A DNA stretch of 64,000 nucleotides from an uncultured beta proteobacterium (GCA_903893565.1 CAITMU010000105.1:41178-105177), one strand, 5' to 3'. Positions 52,283 to 62,933 are shown, counted from the stretch's first letter. Program-made: numbers and translations. Notes: generated by a model not told the origin, from the sequence alone.

Positions 52283-54889
52283 TTAAGTCTTCTCTTTCAC
52301 CCAAGTAAGCACTGAGGCTAGTGCCTCAGTCAACTTAGTGGGATCCGTACCCCCCGCCTGAGCCATGTCGGCACGCCCGCCCCCTTTACCACCTAATTGC
52401 AGAGCCACATGATTCACCAATTCCCCGGCCTTAAGTCGCGCGGTCAAATCAGCCGTCACCCCCGCAATCAATGAGACTTTACTGCCCTCCACACTGGCCA
52501 ATACCACCACGGCCGATTGCAATTTATCTTTTAATTTATCCACCCCTTCACGCAACGCCCGACTATCCGCCCCTGGCATACTCGCCGCCAACACCTTCAC
52601 GCCGTTAACTTCCTGGGCTTGATTCACCAGTTCGTCGCCTTGGGAGGAGGCAAGCTTTGACTTTAATTTCGCTAACTCTTTTTCCAGTTGTCGCATCGAA
52701 TCGAGCGTTTGTACGACTTTTTGACCCACTTCCTGCGACGAGGACTTTAGCGCACTGGCGACTTGGCCCAAAACCGTTTGCTGACGCTGCACCCACTGCA
52801 ATGCCCCCAACCCGGTCAGCGCTTCAACCCGACGCACGCCCGCTGCAACACCACTTTCAGCGGTCACTTTAAAAAATCCAATATCACCACAGCGCTCTAC
52901 GTGTGTGCCACCACATAACTCACGCGAAGCGCCAATATCAAGCACACGCACTTCATCACCGTATTTTTCACCGAACAAAGCCATCGCCCCTAGCTTCACC
53001 GCATCATCAAATTTCATCACCGAGGCGGCTGTTTTGGCATTACTGACCACTTCCTGATTAACACGTGTTTCGACTTGCTCTATTTGCTCCTGCGTTAGCG
53101 GGGAAGAATGAGAAAAATCAAAACGTGTTTTTTCTGCATCAACGAGCGAGCCTTTTTGCTGAACATGAGGTCCGAGCACCTCTCTTAATGCCAAATGCAT
53201 TAAGTGAGTCGCCGAGTGGTTTCTCATAGTGGCAGTGCGCCGCTGAGTATCGACCTTCGCTAGCAATTTATCTCCCACCGATAACACGCCCGTTTGCAAA
53301 CTGCCATGATGCCCAAACACATCCGCCTGAATTTTATGCGTATCGGAGACAATAAACGTGCCGCTACTGGCTTCCAATAACCCCGAGTCACCCACCTGGC
53401 CGCCTGATTCAGCATAAAAAGGGGTGTAATTGAGCACCACTATCGCTGCGTGTCCGCTGTCGAGTGAATGGACCGATACGCCCTCACGATATATAGCCAA
53501 CACGACGGCATCTTGCACCGACAAGGTTTCGTAGCCCTTAAATAGGGTCTTAGCCCCCGTATATTCAACTGCGGTGTCCATTTGAAATTTAGAGGCCGCT
53601 CGCGCTCTTTCACGCTGTTGACCCATGGCCACTTCAAAGCCTGCGTAATCCACTCGCACTTGCCGTTCACGGGCAATGTCGGCGGTTAAATCAACGGGAA
53701 AACCGAAAGTATCGTACAACTGAAATACCGTATTGCCATCGAGCAATTTATCTTCTCGTGTCAACGCACTTTCAAGCACCTTCATACCATTTTCTAGTGT
53801 CTCAGCAAAACGTTCCTCTTCCTGCTTTAACACCGCAGCGACTCGCGATTGGGCTTGTAACAACTCAGGATAGGCCGCCCCCATCAGTTTGGCCAAGTCT
53901 TTCACCAATTGATTAAAAAAGGGCTGTTTTTGTCCTAACTGATAACCATGACGGATGGCACGACGAATAATGCGGCGTAATACGTATCCGCGACCTTCAT
54001 TTCCAGGGATAACTCCATCAACAATCAAAAAAGAAGTCGCACGGATGTGATCGGCAATCACTTTGAGAGAATTATTATGTAAATCTTTCGTCCCTGTTTC
54101 GCGAGCCGCTGCACGAATTAAATCTTGAAATAAATCGATTTCATAATTCGAATGTACGTGCTGCAATACGGCTGCAATGCGCTCCAAGCCCATCCCCGTA
54201 TCCACTGATGGCCGGGGAAGGGGGTGCAGTTGCCCCTTTTCATCGCGATTAAATTGCATGAACACCAAATTCCAAATTTCGATATAACGGTCCCCATCAG
54301 CCTCGGCTGAACTGGGAGGTCCCCCAGCGACGTCTGAACCATGATCAAAAAATATTTCACTACAAGGCCCACAAGGCCCTGTATCGGCCATCTGCCAGAA
54401 ATTATCCGATCCACCACCCGGTTTATCCCCGATGCGTACGATTCGCTCAACAGGTACACCGATTTGCTGGGACCAAATATCAAAGGCTTCATCGTCTGTT
54501 TGATAAACAGTCACCCACAATTTTTCTTTCGGTAATTGATAGACAACCGTCAGTAACTCCCAAGCAAAATGAATGGCATCGCGCTTAAAGTAGTCACCAA
54601 AGCTAAAATTACCGAGCATTTCAAAAAAAGTGTGGTGACGCGCCGTATAGCCGACGTTCTCCAAATCATTATGCTTACCCCCAGCTCGAACGCAGCGCTG
54701 GGATGTAGTGGCGCGTAGATAGGCTCTTTTATCCTGACCTAAAAAAACATCCTTAAACTGCACCATCCCAGAGTTGGTAAATAATAATGTCGGGTCGTTG
54801 CCAGGTATAAGGGCACTGGAGGCCACGATAGCGTGACCTTTGCTGGCAAAGTAATCCAAAAATTTTTGTCTAATTTCACTACTATTCAT
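52283..54889 (-). CDS. alaS: alanine--tRNA ligase
   Basis: [47 protein letters not shown]; start ATG 54889 with AGGAG RBS. Confidence 0.98.
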   Translation of the reverse strand: MNSSEIRQKFLDYFASKGHAIVASSALIPGNDPTLLFTNSGMVQFKDVFLGQDKRAYLRATTSQRCVRAGGKHNDLENVGYTARHHTFFEMLGNFSFGDYFKRDAIHFAWELLTVVYQLPKEKLWVTVYQTDDEAFDIWSQQIGVPVERIVRIGDKPGGGSDNFWQMADTGPCGPCSEIFFDHGSDVAGGPPSSAEADGDRYIEIWNLVFMQFNRDEKGQLHPLPRPSVDTGMGLERIAAVLQHVHSNYEIDLFQDLIRAAARETGTKDLHNNSLKVIADHIRATSFLIVDGVIPGNEGRGYVLRRIIRRAIRHGYQLGQKQPFFNQLVKDLAKLMGAAYPELLQAQSRVAAVLKQEEERFAETLENGMKVLESALTREDKLLDGNTVFQLYDTFGFPVDLTADIARERQVRVDYAGFEVAMGQQRERARAASKFQMDTAVEYTGAKTLFKGYETLSVQDAVVLAIYREGVSVHSLDSGHAAIVVLNYTPFYAESGGQVGDSGLLEASSGTFIVSDTHKIQADVFGHHGSLQTGVLSVGDKLLAKVDTQRRTATMRNHSATHLMHLALREVLGPHVQQKGSLVDAEKTRFDFSHSSPLTQEQIEQVETRVNQEVVSNAKTAASVMKFDDAVKLGAMALFGEKYGDEVRVLDIGASRELCGGTHVERCGDIGFFKVTAESGVAAGVRRVEALTGLGALQWVQRQQTVLGQVASALKSSSQEVGQKVVQTLDSMRQLEKELAKLKSKLASSQGDELVNQAQEVNGVKVLAASMPGADSRALREGVDKLKDKLQSAVVVLASVEGSKVSLIAGVTADLTARLKAGELVNHVALQLGGKGGGRADMAQAGGTDPTKLTEALASVLTWVKEKT

Positions 54890-55240
54890 TTTTACCAACT
54901 CCTGGAATGGATCGCCGAAGGTTTGATCCCCTTTAGAACCAACAACTGACCTGACTTCAGGGACCTCAAAGCACAACGGCAAAAGGCAATCTATAGTGCT
55001 GAATTTTAACGTATTTATCCATCACTAAGCGAGTCAAGCGCGTAGTTCAAGCGGAAACCTGTCTTAGACAAATGTAGGTCTAGCGAAAAAAGTCTTTTAA
55101 GAGCCTTAAATCATCAAAAATATGCGAAAAAACGAGGGCGTTCAGGCCAATGTGAAAAAGTGGGCAGATTGCATGATGGCGAGAAAAGAAAGTTTTGATT
55201 TATTCGCTATGGAGCGTTTTTAGATCGGATTTTTAAGGTT

Positions 55241-55293
55241 GTGAGATTTTTCTCACGGCATTACATTGACTCATCAATAAAGTTTTGCAATAT
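55241..55293 (+). promoter_or_regulatory. putative sigma70 promoter with two palindromic operator-like sites
   Basis: GTGAGA-TTTT-TCTCAC (55241-55256); ATTGA-CTCA-TCAAT overlapping a TTGACT -35 (55266); weak -10 CAATAT (55288). Confidence 0.4.
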
Positions 55294-55442
55294 CCACGGC
55301 AAGACGCATAGACTTCAAGCTGGATAACCTAGGGGCTACTGATATACCGTATCCTCTAGATATCACTCAAACCAACCAACGAAGTCGACGTCAACACATT
55401 CAGTCATCTCATAAACCTAAAACTCAATTCTGCGAAAAAAGA

Positions 55443-55658
55443 ATGAATCCCAAGAAACCCGTATCAGCGCCCGCGCTGACCAAAAAAAAGCGTGAAAAAC
55501 AAATAAAAGCAAAAGACGGGGTTTCTACTTTTGACTTTACTGAAATTAAAGATCTTAAAATGAGAAAAATCGCCTCAGATATTGCGCAGGGAAAAGTTCC
55601 AGAAAACGTCAAAAACAATCTACTGAAATTCCTTGTTGAAATAAAGAATAAAAAGTAG
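55443..55658 (+). CDS. hypothetical 71-aa Lys-rich basic protein
   Basis: ORF in otherwise empty intergenic space, AT-rich, protein-like amphipathic C-terminus; no clear RBS. Confidence 0.55.
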   Translation: MNPKKPVSAPALTKKKREKQIKAKDGVSTFDFTEIKDLKMRKIASDIAQGKVPENVKNNLLKFLVEIKNKK

Positions 55659-55660
55659 TT

Positions 55661-55873
55661 TTACCATGTTGGTATTTAGGGAGTCATCAAACTTTCTGAG
55701 TCGGGGTCACTCCAGCCCAATGTCGAAGGTCAGCGTGCAGACGCGGGCTTTGGACGTGGCGAGCGACTGCAAAATGGCATCCCTGACCGTCTGACTAGTC
55801 TTGCAGGGCACTGGGGCCAACGGCTAGTGAACTCCCCACACCTAAGAGAGAAGGTAATCGACTTTTCTTTTTT
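55661..55873. ncRNA. candidate structured non-coding element
   Basis: GC-rich island (about 55-60%) in AT-rich context with nested complementary segments and a 3' T-rich tract on the + strand. Confidence 0.35.
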
Positions 55874-55919
55874 AAAAACTTGTATAAATCTTTTGTTAAG
55901 TTGACACGGGGCAGTGAGG

Positions 55920-56420
55920 TTATTTTTTTTGACCTAATTGCTTTAATACCCGCAATCCCAGTCCGATGGCGTAGCCTCGGGACTGCAAAAACCGCAACAC
56001 CCGGGCCCTTGATTTATCATCGGTGGGCAGCTGTCGAAACTTACGTTCGGCCAAGCTCAAAGCAAAATCAAACTCGTCTTCTTGACCCATTTCCTCAAGC
56101 ACCTGTTGACGATCCTCTTCACCAACGCCTGCCCGCTTTAATTGCTGCGCAATGGCCGCCTTGGCATACTGTCCCACACGACGTCTAACGAAGGCCTGCG
56201 CATAGCGCTGATCAGATAACCAGCCACGAGACTCTAAGTCATCGAGTAAAACCGTCAACGAATCCGCCGTTAAGCCCTCGCTATCAAACTTTATCAATCT
56301 CCCCTCTAACTCCTTTCGTGTAAATTCACGTCGGGAGAGTAAACGTAAGGCTCGCGTTCTTAAAGAAAGGGGAGCAGGCGTTTTAGTCTTACTGCGCCCT
56401 TTAACAGCATCTGCGTTCAC
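55920..56420 (-). CDS. recX: recombination regulator RecX
   Basis: ALRLLSRRE, GWLSDQRYA, RFLQSRGY; directly downstream of recA; GTG 56420 chosen as start. Confidence 0.93.
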   Translation of the reverse strand: MNADAVKGRSKTKTPAPLSLRTRALRLLSRREFTRKELEGRLIKFDSEGLTADSLTVLLDDLESRGWLSDQRYAQAFVRRRVGQYAKAAIAQQLKRAGVGEEDRQQVLEEMGQEDEFDFALSLAERKFRQLPTDDKSRARVLRFLQSRGYAIGLGLRVLKQLGQKK

Positions 56421-56460
56421 ACAGGTTTCAGAACTGGATGACGTGTTTAAGACACTCGTC

Positions 56461-57537
56461 TTATGCGTCTTCTTCGAGTTCTGCAGCATCCCCTCCATCC
56501 GCCACTGCAACACCTGTATTGACACCTAACTCCGCTCGCACCTTAGCCTCTATTTCCTCTGCCATAGCAGGGTGCTCTCTTAAATACTCACGGGTATTGT
56601 CTTTTCCCTGTCCGATACGGTCCTTGCCATAGCTATACCAGGCACCTGATTTTTCAATGAATTTATGCGCTACACCCAACTCAATAATTTCCCCTTCTCT
56701 GGAAATACCTTCCCCGTACAAAATATCAAATTCAGCCTGACGAAAGGGCGGCGCAACTTTGTTTTTAACCACTTTGGCCCGTGTTTCCGAACCGATGACT
56801 TCTTCGCCTTTTTTAATGGCACCAATTCGACGAATATCGATTCGCACTGAAGCATAAAACTTTAATGCATTACCACCCGTGGTGGTCTCAGGATTACCGA
56901 ACATGACACCGATTTTCATACGAATCTGATTGATAAAAATTACCAACGTATTGGAGCGTTTAATATTAGCCGTGAGCTTACGCAAAGCCTGCGACATCAG
57001 TCGCGCTTGTAAGCCCATTTGGGGTTCACCCATTTCACCCTCTATTTCTGCTCGCGGGACCAAAGCGGCTACCGAATCAATCACCACGACATCAACCGAG
57101 CCAGAACGCACCAACATATCGGCGATCTCCAGCGCCTGTTCCCCGTTATCCGGTTGCGAGATCAATAAATCTTCCACCTTAACGCCTAGCTTGCCCGCAT
57201 ACTGCGGATCCAAAGCATGTTCGGCATCGATAAAGGCCGCCGTACCACCCAATTTTTGCATTTGGGCTATGACCGACAATGTCAAAGTGGTTTTGCCAGA
57301 AGATTCTGGGCCATAGATTTCTACCACCCGACCTCGGGGTAAGCCACCAATACCCAAGGCGATATCCAGCCCCAATGAACCGGTAGACACCACTTGAATA
57401 TCCTTGGCAATATCAGACTCACCCAAACGCATAATCGAACCTTTACCAAACTGCTTTTCGATTTGAGAGAGGGCGGCAGAAAGGGCCTTACCTTTGTTGT
57501 CTTCCATGTTCATTTCTTTCATTTTTTCTTTAGTCAT
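56461..57537 (-). CDS. recA: recombinase RecA (start could be any of several in-frame ATGs, 57507-57537)
   Basis: [27 protein letters not shown]. Confidence 0.99.
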   Translation of the reverse strand: MTKEKMKEMNMEDNKGKALSAALSQIEKQFGKGSIMRLGESDIAKDIQVVSTGSLGLDIALGIGGLPRGRVVEIYGPESSGKTTLTLSVIAQMQKLGGTAAFIDAEHALDPQYAGKLGVKVEDLLISQPDNGEQALEIADMLVRSGSVDVVVIDSVAALVPRAEIEGEMGEPQMGLQARLMSQALRKLTANIKRSNTLVIFINQIRMKIGVMFGNPETTTGGNALKFYASVRIDIRRIGAIKKGEEVIGSETRAKVVKNKVAPPFRQAEFDILYGEGISREGEIIELGVAHKFIEKSGAWYSYGKDRIGQGKDNTREYLREHPAMAEEIEAKVRAELGVNTGVAVADGGDAAELEEDA

Positions 57538-57591
57538 GAGCTTTAATTTAAAATTAGTCAGTGAATATTATGGCACAGTTTTTAAAATATG

Positions 57592-57607
57592 GTGTATATT
57601 TTTACAG
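57592..57607 (-). promoter_or_regulatory. LexA SOS box upstream of recA
   Basis: Minus strand CTGT-AAAAATAT-ACAC, one mismatch from CTGT-N8-ACAG, upstream of a CATAAT -10-like hexamer. Confidence 0.75.
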
Positions 57608-57778
57608 TATTTAGTTAAATAACGTCGTTTATTAAAAAATCATTTAATATCAAAAAGTTAAGCCTATTGTCGAATCAAAAAAATATTAAATCTGCAAACT
57701 TAATCCGATTAAAAATGACTGTAACATCCCCCTGGTATCAAAAACTGAGCCACTAAAAACCTTTTTTATTCCCTCTGT

Positions 57779-58279
57779 TCAAAGTTTTGGCTGCACTAGA
57801 GTCAAGAGTTGTTGGAGAGCAAAAATAATGGCCTGAGAACGAACCGACTCCCGATCTCCGTCAAAGCATAACGTCTGGGTTTGTAGGGCTTGCCCCTTCA
57901 CACCCCATCCGAAACACACTGTACCGACCGGTTTTTGCACCGTACCGCCAGAGGGACCCGCAATACCACTGACCGAAATGGCCACCTGTGCATGGCTAAA
58001 CTTCAAAGCCCCTTCGGTCATTTCTTTCACCACCGGCTCAGACACCGCCCCGTAGGACTCCAGCGTCGGCCCGCTCACTCCGAGCATTTCTCTTTTTGAT
58101 TGGTTGGTGTATGTCACAAACCCACGATCAAACCACTGGGAGCTCCCCGCCACGGCGGTCACCGCCTGTGCAATGCCTCCACCGGTGCACGATTCAGCTG
58201 TCACCAACAGCCATTGTTTAGCTTCTAGCGCATGGCCAAGACTTTGCGCCAAATCAAAGATTTCTGTTTGAGTATTCAT
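57779..58279 (-). CDS. cinA: CinA C-terminal domain/PncC nicotinamide-mononucleotide deamidase
   Basis: AESCTGG, GSSQWF, SGIAGP, KPVGTV. Confidence 0.92.
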   Translation of the reverse strand: MNTQTEIFDLAQSLGHALEAKQWLLVTAESCTGGGIAQAVTAVAGSSQWFDRGFVTYTNQSKREMLGVSGPTLESYGAVSEPVVKEMTEGALKFSHAQVAISVSGIAGPSGGTVQKPVGTVCFGWGVKGQALQTQTLCFDGDRESVRSQAIIFALQQLLTLVQPKL

Positions 58280-58286
58280 TAAGCAC

Positions 58287-58802
58287 TCACGAAAACAAGG
58301 AAGACATTGGCAGCAAAATAAGTAAAGTCAACGCCGCCGCTAAAAGATCATCAAACATCACCCCAAATCCATTTTTAATATGCCGGTCAGCTAAAAAAAT
58401 AGGCCAAGGTTTAAAAATATCCAATATTCTAAACACCACAAATCCAGCCCCTTGCCAGATCAACGTTTGAGGCAAAAAAATCAAAATTAATAAAAAAGCG
58501 ACCGTTTCATCCCAAACGATACCCCCAGGGTCCTGGATGCCCAGATGGCGGGCGCTCAGTCCACAAGCCCAGCAACCCAAGACCATCAGCAATCCCACCG
58601 CGCCCAGCTGTAAGCTCAAGGGTAATAAGGGTGAGAGCAGAGGAAACAAGGGCCAGGCCAACAAAGTACCAAAAGTGCCCGGCGCCCAACGGATTAATCC
58701 CACTCCACCTGCAAAAGCAATCCAATGCGCCGGATGCGAATAAACAAAGCGTAGATCGCAAATCACCGGTTTTAGTGGTGTATCAGTGGTCAAAATGATC
58801 AA
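58287..58802 (-). CDS. pgpA: phosphatidylglycerophosphatase A
   Basis: APGTFGT, DPGGIVWDE, DIFKPWPI, GVMFDD. Confidence 0.94.
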   Translation of the reverse strand: MIILTTDTPLKPVICDLRFVYSHPAHWIAFAGGVGLIRWAPGTFGTLLAWPLFPLLSPLLPLSLQLGAVGLLMVLGCWACGLSARHLGIQDPGGIVWDETVAFLLILIFLPQTLIWQGAGFVVFRILDIFKPWPIFLADRHIKNGFGVMFDDLLAAALTLLILLPMSSLFS

Positions 58803-59754
58803 ACCCTCGACGCTTCAGCGCAATGGGAATACCCTCTTGATCTGTCACCGCTACGGCACACACGCCAAGGGGAGGACTGATCATTCTACCGATCCGTGTC
58901 AAGGGCACTTTTTCTTTTTGACCCACCCGTCGCACTGCGGCTCGACGAGACACAGGAGCCGTAAAACAAAGCTCATAGTCATCGCCCCCGCTCAATAATG
59001 CTTGCAAGCCAAGGGCTTTCCCTGACCAGCAACGCATAGCAGACGATTGGGGTAAGCATTCCAGTTCAACCACCGCAGCAAGGCCAGAGGCCTCACAGAT
59101 ATGCTGCAAATCACCCACAAGACCATCAGAGACATCGATTGCGCTATGCGCAATCGATTGCAACGCCAATCCCAAGCTAACTCTTGGCGTTGGCCGGTCG
59201 AGTCGCTTCTCACACGATGACCATTGCGTAGGGGTGAGGGTTAATTTTTTTTTCTTAGCAGCCACCGCCAATGCTGCATCTCCCACAAAACCGGACACCC
59301 AGATGTCATCCAAAACCTTCGCTCCGGAACGGCGTAATGCCTTACCGAGCAAGACCTCCCCCATAATCTGAACACAAATGCTCAACGGGCCACGAGTGGT
59401 ATCACCACCAATCAAGTCCACCCCATGATGCCTTGCCAATTGCATGAACCCTCGAGAAAATGCTTTCAACCAAACCTCATCAACATGAGGTAACGATAAG
59501 GCTAAAGTGGCCCATCGTGGCCTTGCCCCCATCGCCGCCATGTCAGATAAATTAACTGCTAGACTTTTATAACCAAGCGATCCAGGCTCCGCATCCGGGA
59601 AAAAATGTTGGCCCTGAATTAACAGGTCCACAGAAATAGCCATCACATGGCCATCACGCACCTTGACCAAAGCGGCATCATCTCCGACACCCAAGCGCGT
59701 GTGCGAGGTAGGATGCGTGAAATATTTTTTGATAAGATTAAATTCACTGGACAT
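58783..59754 (-). CDS. thiL: thiamine-monophosphate kinase
   Basis: GVGDDAA, NLSDMAAMGA, GGDTT, DVSDGL, GGDDYEL. Confidence 0.96.
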   Translation of the reverse strand: MSSEFNLIKKYFTHPTSHTRLGVGDDAALVKVRDGHVMAISVDLLIQGQHFFPDAEPGSLGYKSLAVNLSDMAAMGARPRWATLALSLPHVDEVWLKAFSRGFMQLARHHGVDLIGGDTTRGPLSICVQIMGEVLLGKALRRSGAKVLDDIWVSGFVGDAALAVAAKKKKLTLTPTQWSSCEKRLDRPTPRVSLGLALQSIAHSAIDVSDGLVGDLQHICEASGLAAVVELECLPQSSAMRCWSGKALGLQALLSGGDDYELCFTAPVSRRAAVRRVGQKEKVPLTRIGRMISPPLGVCAVAVTDQEGIPIALKRRGFDHFDH

Positions 59755-59775
59755 GATGATTACATCCACCCAACA

Positions 59776-60042
59776 CTATGGAGCCGAGGACCTCGAATCT
59801 GAGGCACCGGTTCCTTGACGAAGTGCCTCTTGCTTAGCCAATTCTTCTGCGGCCTTCTTTTTAATCATCTGCGGCATCCAAAAATCAATGGCAGCAAATC
59901 CTAAGAAAAATAAAATAAGCATGGTAATTTTATCGTCGGGCAAAAAGCTTCGTCCAAAAAACAGAACATAAATCCCAATCAATAAATTCACTACTCCAGC
60001 AGAGTAGAACATGATAATGCGTTTTTTTAATTTACCATCCAT
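59776..60042 (-). CDS. hypothetical two-TM membrane protein
   Basis: 88 aa, two hydrophobic helices, GGAG-like RBS, co-oriented within the nusB-thiL operon. Confidence 0.75.
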   Translation of the reverse strand: MDGKLKKRIIMFYSAGVVNLLIGIYVLFFGRSFLPDDKITMLILFFLGFAAIDFWMPQMIKKKAAEELAKQEALRQGTGASDSRSSAP

Positions 60043-60128
60043 CCTTTTATCTCCACTTAACCAACGACTCGGAAAAATTTTCTAAAAGCCCATAAAAAAA
60101 GAATCCAACACCGCCCTGGGACTGCACA

Positions 60129-60566
60129 CTAATCGACACCACTCAAGGCCTTTACTTCGATAGGCCTCATGATCAACGCCACTTTATCCAGCACCCCATT
60201 CACATACTTATAGCCATCCGTCCCCCCAAATCGTTTTGCCAATTCAACCGCCTCATTGATAACCACACGGTAAGGGACCTCCGGATGGGTCAGGAGCTCA
60301 CAACCGGCAATCATCAATATGGCACGCTCTATGGGGGAAAGCCTCTCAAGAGGTCGATCTAAGCACAGCGTCAAATCCTTTTCAATGGCCTCTGCCGACT
60401 TAACAGTGCCCTCTAATAAGTCACGAAAATACAACGGGTCACACTTATCGAAACCTCTAAACTGCATCATATCCAGCGCGATTAATGCGGGTTGATTTTT
60501 GGAGACCAACCACTGATAGACCGCCTGCAGCGCAAATTCACGGGAACGGTAGCGGGCGGTTTTCAT
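60129..60566 (-). CDS. nusB: transcription antitermination factor NusB
   Basis: RSREFALQAVY, VINEAVELAK, YVNGVLD. Confidence 0.97.
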   Translation of the reverse strand: MKTARYRSREFALQAVYQWLVSKNQPALIALDMMQFRGFDKCDPLYFRDLLEGTVKSAEAIEKDLTLCLDRPLERLSPIERAILMIAGCELLTHPEVPYRVVINEAVELAKRFGGTDGYKYVNGVLDKVALIMRPIEVKALSGVD

Positions 60567-60615
60567 GACAGGTGTCGCCTCATGACACTCATCATCACAA
60601 TACTCCCAGATAGTC

Positions 60616-61086
60616 TCATTTTAAAGCCCGTAACAAATTCACCATCTCAACAACGGCCCCAGCACAATCGACTCCCTTTGGATGCATACGCTCTAGCGCT
60701 TGCTCATCATTTTCTGTGGTTAAAATACCATTGGCAATGGGCGTCGAAGTATCTAACTGCAACCGAGTGATACCTGCACATGACTCATTAGACACAATTT
60801 CAAAGTGATAAGTCTCCCCTCGAATCACGGCCCCTAAAGCAACGAGAGCATCAAATCGACCGCTGCGCGCCATTGTTTGTAACACCAGAGGGATCTCCAG
60901 CGCACCCGGTACGGTGGCCACCGTAATGTCAGCGGGCTTTACCCCTAAACGAATCAACTCAGCGGAGCAACTACTCACCAAGCCCTCCCCAATGTCGTGA
61001 TTAAAACGTCCCACCACTATTCCTATCCGTAGGCCACTGCCATTTAACTGCGACTGAAGCTGAACCACCCCTTGAATCAAATTCAT
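60616..61086 (-). CDS. ribH: 6,7-dimethyl-8-ribityllumazine synthase
   Basis: [22 protein letters not shown]. Confidence 0.97.
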   Translation of the reverse strand: MNLIQGVVQLQSQLNGSGLRIGIVVGRFNHDIGEGLVSSCSAELIRLGVKPADITVATVPGALEIPLVLQTMARSGRFDALVALGAVIRGETYHFEIVSNESCAGITRLQLDTSTPIANGILTTENDEQALERMHPKGVDCAGAVVEMVNLLRALK

Positions 61087-61221
61087 TTCGTATTCCTATC
61101 CTTTCAATGGATCCTAATTTGAATAAACACGACTTTTTTCCCACAATCCTTGGCTTTGGGTCCTGATTCGTCAACGACCTCAACAACCCCAAGCGATAGG
61201 GAAGTTTTTTTCGCTATTCAA

Positions 61222-62337
61222 CTAATCCTTAGGTTGCAAATACCCTGTTACTTCCAAGCCAAACCCTGCCATGCTGGGAATGCGCTTAGGAATAGACAGT
61301 AAACGCATTTTTTTTACTCCTAAATCACGCAATATTTGGGCGCCAATGCCGTAGTTGCGCAAAGTCACTTTTGCTGTGGGCGCTCCAGGCTCAATCGGTC
61401 TTGCCCTTTGAAGTAATTCCTCAGCACTTTGCTGACGATTCAACAACACCACCACCCCAGATTCAGCCTGAGCAATTTGGGCCATCGCGTCGTTAAAATT
61501 CCAAGAGTGGGTCGTTGAACCGGCATCGAGTAAGTCAATCAAAGAAACCGGCTCATGAACACGCACTAACACTTCACTGTCCGAACGGATCAATCCTTTG
61601 ACTAACGCTAAATGCGTCTCGCACCCAATGCGATCGCTGTAAGCATAAAGAGTAAAAATCCCATGAACGGTTTTAATTTCACGTTGTGAAGCACGCGTAA
61701 CCAATGATTCGGTACGGCCACGGTATTGAATCAAGTCTTTGATGGCGCCAATTTTCAAATGGTGCTGGGCTGCGAATTCGATTAAATCCGGGAGTCGCGC
61801 CATCTCACCATCGTCTTTCAATATTTCACAAATGACGGCCGCTGGCGATAGTCCCGCTAAACGAGCTAAATCACACCCCGCTTCCGTATGTCCGGCTCGC
61901 ACCAATACGCCCCCCTCTTGCGCTCGCAAAGGAAATATATGACCCGGCTGCACCAAATCACGCGGTCCGGCATCGGGCCGGATCGCAGCCAGGATCGTTG
62001 CCGAGCGGTCGGCAGCCGATATCCCAGTCGTCACCCCTACTGCCGCTTCGATAGAGACGGTAAAATTTGTTCCTAGTGGAGAACGATTATTGGAGACCAT
62101 CAATTGCAAATTCAACTGCTGACAACGCTCCTCGGTGAGCGTCAAACAAATCAAACCCCGCCCGTAGCGGGCCATAAAATTAACCGCCTCGGGGCTCGCA
62201 TGCTCTGCGGCAATCAGTAAATCACCTTCGTTTTCGCGATCCTCTTCATCAACCAAAACGACCATTCGTCCTGCACGAATTTCAGCAATGATTTCTTCTG
62301 TCGAACAAACCGCTGCAGCGGCTACTTTTTGACTCAT
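61222..62337 (-). CDS. ribB: DHBP synthase fused to a degenerate GTP cyclohydrolase II-like domain (RibBX type)
   Basis: DRENEGD, PGHIFPL, GHTEA; C-domain reads VRVHEP and lacks the Zn cysteines. Confidence 0.93.
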   Translation of the reverse strand: MSQKVAAAAVCSTEEIIAEIRAGRMVVLVDEEDRENEGDLLIAAEHASPEAVNFMARYGRGLICLTLTEERCQQLNLQLMVSNNRSPLGTNFTVSIEAAVGVTTGISAADRSATILAAIRPDAGPRDLVQPGHIFPLRAQEGGVLVRAGHTEAGCDLARLAGLSPAAVICEILKDDGEMARLPDLIEFAAQHHLKIGAIKDLIQYRGRTESLVTRASQREIKTVHGIFTLYAYSDRIGCETHLALVKGLIRSDSEVLVRVHEPVSLIDLLDAGSTTHSWNFNDAMAQIAQAESGVVVLLNRQQSAEELLQRARPIEPGAPTAKVTLRNYGIGAQILRDLGVKKMRLLSIPKRIPSMAGFGLEVTGYLQPKD

Positions 62338-62933
62338 GATGACACTCCAAATTGATTCAATCGCTCTACATAACGAGCCACCGTATCTGCTTCCAAATTA
62401 ACTCGGGCACCCGTCTTCGCATAGACTTGCAAATTGGTATGCGCCAAAGTATGCGGAATAATATTGACAGAAAAACGGCATTGTATGACCTCATTCACCG
62501 TCAAACTGATGCCATTAATACAAATCGAGCCTTTCACCGCCACATAACGCGCGATAGAGGCAGGCGCTTCAAACCAAAAAGTCCAATTATCCCCTACCTC
62601 TGTGGCGCTTATGACCGTGCCGACCCCATCCACATGGCCGCTAACGATATGACCTCCCAACCGATCATTGACCCTTAAAGCTCGCTCCAAATTAACCTGG
62701 GATCCTAGTTCAAAACCGACGGTACAACGCAAAGTCTCTGCAGACACATCGGCATCAAAGCTTTGATTAAAAAAATTAATAGCCGTCAAGCATACGCCAT
62801 TGACGGCTATGCTCTCCCCCAGTTGCGCAGCCTCTAAGGGTAAGTGAGGGGCTAAGACGGTAATTCTCGCCCCTCCCGATGTTGGCTCCACCGAGGCAAT
62901 CTTTCCTACCGCACTAATTATTCCTGTGAACAT
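62334..62933 (-). CDS. ribE: riboflavin synthase
   Basis: MFTGII, NGVCLT, GGHIVSGHVD. Confidence 0.97.
   Translation of the reverse strand: MFTGIISAVGKIASVEPTSGGARITVLAPHLPLEAAQLGESIAVNGVCLTAINFFNQSFDADVSAETLRCTVGFELGSQVNLERALRVNDRLGGHIVSGHVDGVGTVISATEVGDNWTFWFEAPASIARYVAVKGSICINGISLTVNEVIQCRFSVNIIPHTLAHTNLQVYAKTGARVNLEADTVARYVERLNQFGVSS

Noticed and set aside
55240-55280. CRP or FNR sites
   Set aside because: Half-site spacing is wrong (TGTGA-N8-TCACG; TTGAC-N2-ATCAA); kept only as generic palindromes.
55300-55870. tmRNA, 6S, RNase P or SRP RNA identity for the structured segments
   Set aside because: No tRNA-like T-arm/CCA end or other hallmark sequences of these RNAs were recognisable.
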